Assembly: GCA_052035175.1 (NCBI GenBank)
Contig: JBPOHV010000001.1
Coordinates: forward strand, 853,251-917,250
DNA: 64,000 nt
Direction of reading: 5' to 3'
DNA from: a candidate division WWE3 bacterium
GTDB lineage: Bacteria; Patescibacteriota; WWE3; UBA101185; UBA10185
Below the pieces are notes generated by a model. That model did not search any database. It saw nothing but the letters and a program-made list of their open reading frames with translations, and was not told the origin of the DNA. This document shows, one piece after another, positions 58,412 to 64,000 of this stretch. Both the position numbers and the translations under genes were made by a program. Position 1 is the first letter of the stretch; every line of letters begins with the position of its first letter.

Positions 58412-59227
58412 ATGCTGATATCTATAATTGTACCTGCTTATAAAAAAGAGAAAACAATTATTCAAGACATTACAAATATCAATAAAGTTATGATGACGAC
58501 TAGATGGGACTACGAGATTCTAGTCATTGTTGACGGATTTGCTGATAAAACATACGAAACCGCAAAAACACTCGAAGACGATATTATTAAAGTTTATGGA
58601 TACAAAGAAAACAAAGGCAAAGGCTACGCCATACGCTACGGAATGGCGCGAGCAGTCGGCGATATTATTTCATTTATAGATGCTGGTATGGAAATTGATG
58701 CCAGCGGAATTTCTATGCTGCTTGAGCATATGGAATGGTACAACGCCGACATAGTAGTAGGAAGTAAAAGACATCCTGCATCAAAAGTAATTTACTCAAA
58801 AATGCGTAGAATTTATAGCCTTGGATATCAAATACTTATATTCTTGCTATTTAGACTCAAAGTACGGGATACGCAAGCAGGTCTCAAAGTATACAAAAGA
58901 GAAGTTTTGGAAAAAGTCTTACCCAGGCTGGTTGTAAAACAATTTGCATTTGATATAGAGCTATTAGCAGTAGCACAAAGACTAGGGTTTACAAAAATCT
59001 ATGAAGCTCCAATTCATATTAATTTAGATTTTACTGACTCAAGCTTCAATAAACATAAACCACTTTTATTAGATAAATTTGTACGTAATATGTTGCTGGA
59101 TACGATGGCAGTATTTTATAGAATGAACTTTTTGAGATATTACGAAGACGCAAACAGCGCAAATTGGCCACGAGATAAAGAATTGGAGCCAATACTGCCT
59201 GCCAACAAATTCAATAAAAAGAATTAG
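58412..59227 (+). CDS. GT2 polyprenyl-phosphate sugar synthase (GtrB/DPM1-like)
   Basis: 'ISIIVPAYKKEKTI', 'VIVDGFADKT' and 'DAGMEID' (DxD) motifs. Length about 271 aa. Confidence 0.8.
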   Translation: MLISIIVPAYKKEKTIIQDITNINKVMMTTRWDYEILVIVDGFADKTYETAKTLEDDIIKVYGYKENKGKGYAIRYGMARAVGDIISFIDAGMEIDASGISMLLEHMEWYNADIVVGSKRHPASKVIYSKMRRIYSLGYQILIFLLFRLKVRDTQAGLKVYKREVLEKVLPRLVVKQFAFDIELLAVAQRLGFTKIYEAPIHINLDFTDSSFNKHKPLLLDKFVRNMLLDTMAVFYRMNFLRYYEDANSANWPRDKELEPILPANKFNKKN

Positions 59228-59526
59228 ACAGTATTATCAATCGATGGAAACTCTCTGCGCACTTCTGCCCAAAATTTATCTGCTAGCCCTGTCGAAAACA
59301 TCCCGTGGTTTGTATTTTCAGAACGAGCACACAGTTTGTTTTCGTTTCTATATATAATGCGCAAAATCTGCTCCTTGGTTTGTTTTAGCTCATCTTTTAC
59401 AGATTTATCTTTGATATATGCAGACTCCAAAGAAACATACTTTTCAAATATGTCTTTGTTAGCAAGCAACATATCTTGAAATTGTTTTTTATATTTTGGT
59501 AAAGTCATTTTATTACTTTCTACCAC
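59224..59526 (-). CDS. Hypothetical small protein
   Basis: 100-aa helical ORF. No motif recognised. Confidence 0.3.
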   Translation of the reverse strand: MVESNKMTLPKYKKQFQDMLLANKDIFEKYVSLESAYIKDKSVKDELKQTKEQILRIIYRNENKLCARSENTNHGMFSTGLADKFWAEVRREFPSIDNTV

Positions 59527-61688
59527 TTAAGAGACACAGACGCATCTCCGCCATTCTCAAAATACTCCAAAACAACCTTATGAAAACCTTCCGATAAAGT
59601 ATAACCAGCAGTATTAGTCTTCACCGCATGTATCTTCCAATCATCAATTATTAAGTTATCATCGATAAATAAGCGCACGCCATCGTCAGAGGTAGCAACA
59701 AAGTTATATGTTCCAGCTGCAAAAAACACCGTCGCTGTATATCTTATCGAATATGTATCTTTACCAAGCAAAGTTCTATAAGGAGAACCTTTACCCCAGT
59801 TAAAGTCTATAGAAGAAACTGTATCAGACTTCTTTTTATTACTTAGTGTGACGCCATCAAAATAGTCGGCATTAAAAGTTGTGGCACCCGGAACTGGGGT
59901 TTGAGCTACACTAAATGATATATGTGCTCCAGAAGTATTCGTGTTTTTTTGAGGAGATGTATCCTGACAACGTACGTAATAGTTATAAAGTGTTCCATTT
60001 ACTAACTCTGCAACTGTACTTGTATGCACAGTAGCATTATCGGATACCAAAGTATTTGGCATACTATCAAAGCTCATATCGGCATTTTGACTATATTTGC
60101 AAACAGCCGCTTCATTTGTAGTGACACCAAGCACTGCGGTTTTCGTGTCTACTGACAAAGTACCAGTAGGTAATAAATTGGTTAAAACAGGGGGTACTGT
60201 ATCCAACGGTGCAGGAGGAGGAGGTGGAGGCAAAATGCCACCATCCACATCAAATTCAATTTCTGAACCTTTAACAGAAAAACCATCCCACATCCAACTT
60301 GGTGCACAACTCGGTCGAGGGCCAACAGTCCATTTAAAAGTGTTTACACCCTGCTTCAATGCAGATGCATTCAAAGGTATTCTAAACGTCGACCAACCCT
60401 CAATATTGCAAGTTTTATCTAAAGGCACAACCGAGATTGTCGGACCATCATTTACACTAAGCAAAACTTGTCCTACAAAACCACCCATAACTTGACCAAC
60501 AAAAACAGGGGAATTTCCAACGCTAGGCAGATTTAAAGTTTGTGTGGTTGATGTTCCAATACTTACGCTACCATTTGCAGAAAGTACTGCAACATCTGAT
60601 ATTTCATAAGTCTCCCATTTTTGAGAAACACCACCCGCAACTTTTAAATTATCCCAATGATATGTGTATAAATTATTGTTACCGTCTTTCTCTGGAGTAT
60701 AAGCATGAGTCTTAAACATCACTACACCTTTGTTAAAAGGTAATCCGCCAGGAATAGAAGTTGCATAAGAATCATAAGAACCATCTTCTTTTTGCACTTT
60801 CCAAACCAATTGATCATTTTGTATATCTATGATCATATTGCGTCTAATTTTACGGTCAGTTAAAGCTGGATCGTTTGGCACAATATTACGCCATGTACGC
60901 CAATCTTTAGATTGCACTATCCAGCCGTTTGGAGCAATAGAACCTTTTCCAACTTCTATACTCCTTTTTGATTCAGGGTCAAACGTCAAAACTATGCGAT
61001 CTTTTGAATAAGTTTCATCTACTGGCCAAAACTCTTGCGCAGCTCCAAACTTCATTTGATCTCTAGGTGTGATAACTATTTCCCACCAACTTCTAGGATG
61101 CCCATCATTTAGGTTTACATCAAAAGATATCTGCCCACCATTTGTAAAATCAAACTCCATTTTCGGCCAGAATGATGCTATTGAATAGCCAGAAACATCT
61201 CCCATTGAAGACATCATGTGATCCTTACAAATGAAAAATGACTTGTCTGGATTATTGCCATTTGATTTATGATCAGTCGTAGTAGTATGCTGCATATTTG
61301 GACCAGTACAGTCTGTACCATGGTCTGCAAGAAAAGTTCCATATGTATTATCTGGTAAAGTTCCATTTGTTTCTGATGGTACCGACCTATGCGTTGCAAC
61401 ATAATCAAGTGACTTGGGTAAAAGATTTTGCGATGGACTTGTAGGATCCCCATCAAAAGTTTCTTCAAAAATCCACTGACTCGTAGCATATTCCAGAACA
61501 TTCGTAGTTGGTGACTTTTCAAAAGCTAATAATTGAGAAAATGCGTTCTTCACGTTATTAACACGTACATTTGAACTAGAAGCCAGCTTATAACTTGAAC
61601 CAGCAACCAAAGTAAATAGCCCTACAGATAAAATTAACAATCCAGTATGAAAGAATCCTTGGAGATTATTTTTTTGCATATCATGCAT
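59520..61688 (-). CDS. Secreted multi-domain protein with C-terminal PA14 domain
   Basis: N-terminal TM/signal and poly-Pro linker 'PPPPPAP'. C-terminal 'YFDGVTL…YSIRYTATVFFAAGTYNFVATSDDGVRLFIDDNLIID' matches the PA14 carbohydrate-binding domain. Confidence 0.65.
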   Translation of the reverse strand: MHDMQKNNLQGFFHTGLLILSVGLFTLVAGSSYKLASSSNVRVNNVKNAFSQLLAFEKSPTTNVLEYATSQWIFEETFDGDPTSPSQNLLPKSLDYVATHRSVPSETNGTLPDNTYGTFLADHGTDCTGPNMQHTTTTDHKSNGNNPDKSFFICKDHMMSSMGDVSGYSIASFWPKMEFDFTNGGQISFDVNLNDGHPRSWWEIVITPRDQMKFGAAQEFWPVDETYSKDRIVLTFDPESKRSIEVGKGSIAPNGWIVQSKDWRTWRNIVPNDPALTDRKIRRNMIIDIQNDQLVWKVQKEDGSYDSYATSIPGGLPFNKGVVMFKTHAYTPEKDGNNNLYTYHWDNLKVAGGVSQKWETYEISDVAVLSANGSVSIGTSTTQTLNLPSVGNSPVFVGQVMGGFVGQVLLSVNDGPTISVVPLDKTCNIEGWSTFRIPLNASALKQGVNTFKWTVGPRPSCAPSWMWDGFSVKGSEIEFDVDGGILPPPPPPAPLDTVPPVLTNLLPTGTLSVDTKTAVLGVTTNEAAVCKYSQNADMSFDSMPNTLVSDNATVHTSTVAELVNGTLYNYYVRCQDTSPQKNTNTSGAHISFSVAQTPVPGATTFNADYFDGVTLSNKKKSDTVSSIDFNWGKGSPYRTLLGKDTYSIRYTATVFFAAGTYNFVATSDDGVRLFIDDNLIIDDWKIHAVKTNTAGYTLSEGFHKVVLEYFENGGDASVSLKW

Positions 61689-61728
61689 GATATGTTGCTT
61701 GGCTTAGACAAGTCAACACTTAATCGAT

Positions 61729-62649
61729 TTAGCTTTCTAAATCTTCTAACTTACTCTTGTAACCGTATATAACACCAAGTATTAAGCAAAAACCCAATAA
61801 GCTCATAAGTGTACCTACAAGTACTATTGTAAATGGAACTTTTCGCAGAATATTGTATATACCAGGTACTGCGGTTTCTTCATATGTAAATGACAAAGAC
61901 TCTCCAGAAAGCTGTACCGTCTCAACAATCGTAGTTATTCTTTTTCTTTTTATTGGCGTCGACTTTGTAGTTTTACTGTTTTCTGACATATAAACTACTG
62001 TCTCACCATCTTTTACTATAAGTATGACTGGTGTAACGGTACTCAAAAGACCACCTTTAAGCACTGGTAAGAATATATCTTCATAAGCAATATCAACATA
62101 AAAATAAGTTTCGCTAGCTTTATCAACCGGAATTATAGAAGAAATAAAATTGGCATCATAAACATTTGTAGAAGTAAAAAAAACTGGAGCGTCTGTACTC
62201 ATAGCCAAATTAACAAACGACTTAAAATCATCTGACTTACTAATTTCGGCGTATTGGTCAGCAAAGCTGCTAGAAGGGTTTTTATCTTTTAAAACTACAA
62301 TCGAAGGATTATCGGCACCTTTGGAAATAAGCGCAAGTCTTTCGACACTGCCAAAAGCATCTGATATATGATTCGACGCTTTGAAAATTTCTGGATCACG
62401 CGAATAAACTTCTTTTGCAAGCGCCGACAAGCCATAATAATTCAACTTATAAGCATTCAGCTGATTTGTTACTATTTGGGTAATCCCAGTAGTTTCTTCT
62501 CTAAGATTAGAAGATATCCAGACATTGATAGCTGTTTTGAAATAATACGAAATACCCAACGTTAAGGCCAAAGAAGCAAAAAACAATGTAAGAGGCATAG
62601 CATAGTCTTTTGGGCGAAAAGTTCCTTGCATATGTAAATGATAATGCAA
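61729..62649 (-). CDS. Bitopic membrane protein with periplasmic sensor-like domain
   Basis: N-terminal TM 'LTLFFASLALTLGISYYF', a roughly 230-aa ectodomain, a C-terminal TM 'TIVLVGTLMSLLGFCLILGVIYGY' and a short tail. Confidence 0.4.
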   Translation of the reverse strand: MHYHLHMQGTFRPKDYAMPLTLFFASLALTLGISYYFKTAINVWISSNLREETTGITQIVTNQLNAYKLNYYGLSALAKEVYSRDPEIFKASNHISDAFGSVERLALISKGADNPSIVVLKDKNPSSSFADQYAEISKSDDFKSFVNLAMSTDAPVFFTSTNVYDANFISSIIPVDKASETYFYVDIAYEDIFLPVLKGGLLSTVTPVILIVKDGETVVYMSENSKTTKSTPIKRKRITTIVETVQLSGESLSFTYEETAVPGIYNILRKVPFTIVLVGTLMSLLGFCLILGVIYGYKSKLEDLES

Positions 62650-62710
62650 TACTCAGCACTAATCAATTATTAACACACCGTTAACATTCTGTTACACTTA
62701 ATATAAGTAT

Positions 62711-63502
62711 ATGAAGCTAGCTGCTCTCTTATCATCTATAAATGGCTTTGTTCTTTTTCTATTCACTGTAGCTTTTGCTATAGCAATGAGCCCGCTAGCA
62801 AATCAATCACCAATACTCTCCCTCGAATATGTATATCCTGCATGTATGGTGTTAATTGCTTTTGTTGCAATGATAGCTGCTTTTTCAATTAAAACTGTAT
62901 ATCGTATGCCTGCGCTAATGATTTCTATTGGAGTCTTATGTAATAGTGTCGGCGAACTCTTTTGGTTATTTCTAACAAAAGGCCTAAATGTCGAGCTACC
63001 ATACCCTTCGATAGCTGATATATGGTTTGTTATGTTTTACCCCCTTACATTTATAGGGTTGATAAATCTCATAGTATATATAGGTTGCTTTGAAGATAAA
63101 TGCAAGACTGGTTTGTTATGGCTTAACCGCTTTGCAAACTTGTTATTACTATTTAGTATCGCAGCAACCATTCTTTTGTTTGGTAAATATGCGCAAGCAG
63201 ATTTTTCACACTTATTAGAAATATTTGATGTAATGTACCTAATATTTGATGCCATGGTTTTGATAGTAATAATTGCATTGATTGTATATTTATTCTCTGC
63301 TGGAGAAACAAAAGCAAAAGCCCTCACACCACTACTTTTGATCGGCATCGGCTATCTTATTACACTTGGTGCCGATTCACTTTTTGCTTATACATCAGAT
63401 CTCGGTTTGTACACAACAGGTGGGATAGTTGATTATTTGTTTTTATTGGCAGCATATATTTTTTCATCTGGCGTAGTCAAAATGCTAAGTATAGATAAAT
63501 GA
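62711..63502 (+). CDS. Polytopic membrane protein
   Basis: About 7 TM helices. Its stop overlaps the start of the GT39 gene (ATGA). Confidence 0.4.
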   Translation: MKLAALLSSINGFVLFLFTVAFAIAMSPLANQSPILSLEYVYPACMVLIAFVAMIAAFSIKTVYRMPALMISIGVLCNSVGELFWLFLTKGLNVELPYPSIADIWFVMFYPLTFIGLINLIVYIGCFEDKCKTGLLWLNRFANLLLLFSIAATILLFGKYAQADFSHLLEIFDVMYLIFDAMVLIVIIALIVYLFSAGETKAKALTPLLLIGIGYLITLGADSLFAYTSDLGLYTTGGIVDYLFLLAAYIFSSGVVKMLSIDK

Positions 63503-64000
63503 AGCAACTGAAAAGCATACTTGGCATAAATACACTCTTTATAATTTTGTTGATATCTGTTGCACTCCCACTCAGACTCGTTAATCTTGGCTACTCTGAG
63601 TTTCAAGACGATGAAAAAAAAGCTTTAATCAGACTCGTTCCAAACCAAACAACAATAAACTTTTTGCTTGAGCAACGCAAAGGACCCATGCAATTTTTTG
63701 TTACCAGTATTCCACGAGCACTTTTACAATCTTATAAAAACGAAGCTGCAATAAGATTACCTTTTGCCCTGATAAATACAGGAAGTGTAATAGTTTTATA
63801 TCTTTTGTTGTATAAGATAACGCAAAACAAACTAGCGAGCGCGTTTGGAGCTCTTTTATATTTAACAAACGGATTCATAGTAGGATTCTCGAGAATAGCA
63901 CAATATCAAAGTCTAAATCTATTGTTCTCTTTTTGTGCTATGTATTTTTATTCTGACTTAATTTACAAAAAAACACATTTAATTAGAAGTACACTACTCG
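63499..64000 (+). CDS. GT39/GT83 (ArnT/PMT-like) GT-C glycosyltransferase, 5' part (runs off the window)
   Basis: 'MKQLKSILG…' first TM, then the first-loop acidic 'FQDDEKK' motif (DE) and 'RLPFALINTGSVIVLYLL…', as in dolichyl/undecaprenyl-phosphate-sugar dependent transferases. Confidence 0.65.
   Translation, partial: MKQLKSILGINTLFIILLISVALPLRLVNLGYSEFQDDEKKALIRLVPNQTTINFLLEQRKGPMQFFVTSIPRALLQSYKNEAAIRLPFALINTGSVIVLYLLLYKITQNKLASAFGALLYLTNGFIVGFSRIAQYQSLNLLFSFCAMYFYSDLIYKKTHLIRSTLL

Noticed and set aside
1-64000. CRISPR arrays, cas genes, transposases, IS elements, prophage structural genes and rRNA
   Set aside because: I scanned for short regularly spaced direct repeats and for DDE/HUH transposase, RuvC/HNH, terminase or capsid-like motifs. 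None were found, and the only recombinase is the XerC/D-like gene.

Overview
AT-rich window (about one-third GC by eye), compact and translationally coupled, with many orphan small proteins. It is most consistent with a Patescibacteria/CPR-type (Saccharibacteria-like) genome; that is inferred from composition and gene content, not from any search. I read three blocks. (1) Positions 1-18.6 kb are a housekeeping core: 2-hydroxyacid dehydrogenase, DsbA-like, Nth, 5'-3' exonuclease, FtsH, TrpRS, two CAT-anticodon tRNAs, FtsB-like, XerC/D-like recombinase, tRNA-Ile(UAU), HPF, ferredoxin, a complete sufCBD-S-U operon with an ArsR-type regulator, and a wHTH-NUDIX protein. (2) Positions 18.7-41.7 kb are an accessory region that starts at tRNA-Asn, with a tRNA-Asn 5' fragment just upstream. 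It holds a proteasome-beta/HslV-like Ntn hydrolase pair, a TraB/GumN-like protein, a nucleoside 2-deoxyribosyltransferase-like protein, several VOC/PhnB, DUF1428 (frameshifted), DUF1801 and YdeI-like small proteins, orphan nucleotidyltransferases and a P-loop kinase, an OmpR-type wHTH fusion, LRR, acidic and EEP secreted proteins, and several GC-enriched genes that look foreign, each with a strong SD and a GC-rich hairpin terminator. (3) Positions 41.7-64 kb are a large cell-envelope glycosylation locus. A 13-gene overlapping operon encodes GT4 and GT2 transferases, four SAM methyltransferases and at least four large polytopic GT-C/YfhO-like membrane proteins, followed by a Wzx-like flippase, a GtrB-like GT2, a PA14-domain secreted protein and a GT39 (ArnT/PMT-like) gene truncated at the window end. 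No CRISPR array, cas genes, transposase or rRNA were seen. All functional calls rest on motifs read by eye from the translations and are unverified.
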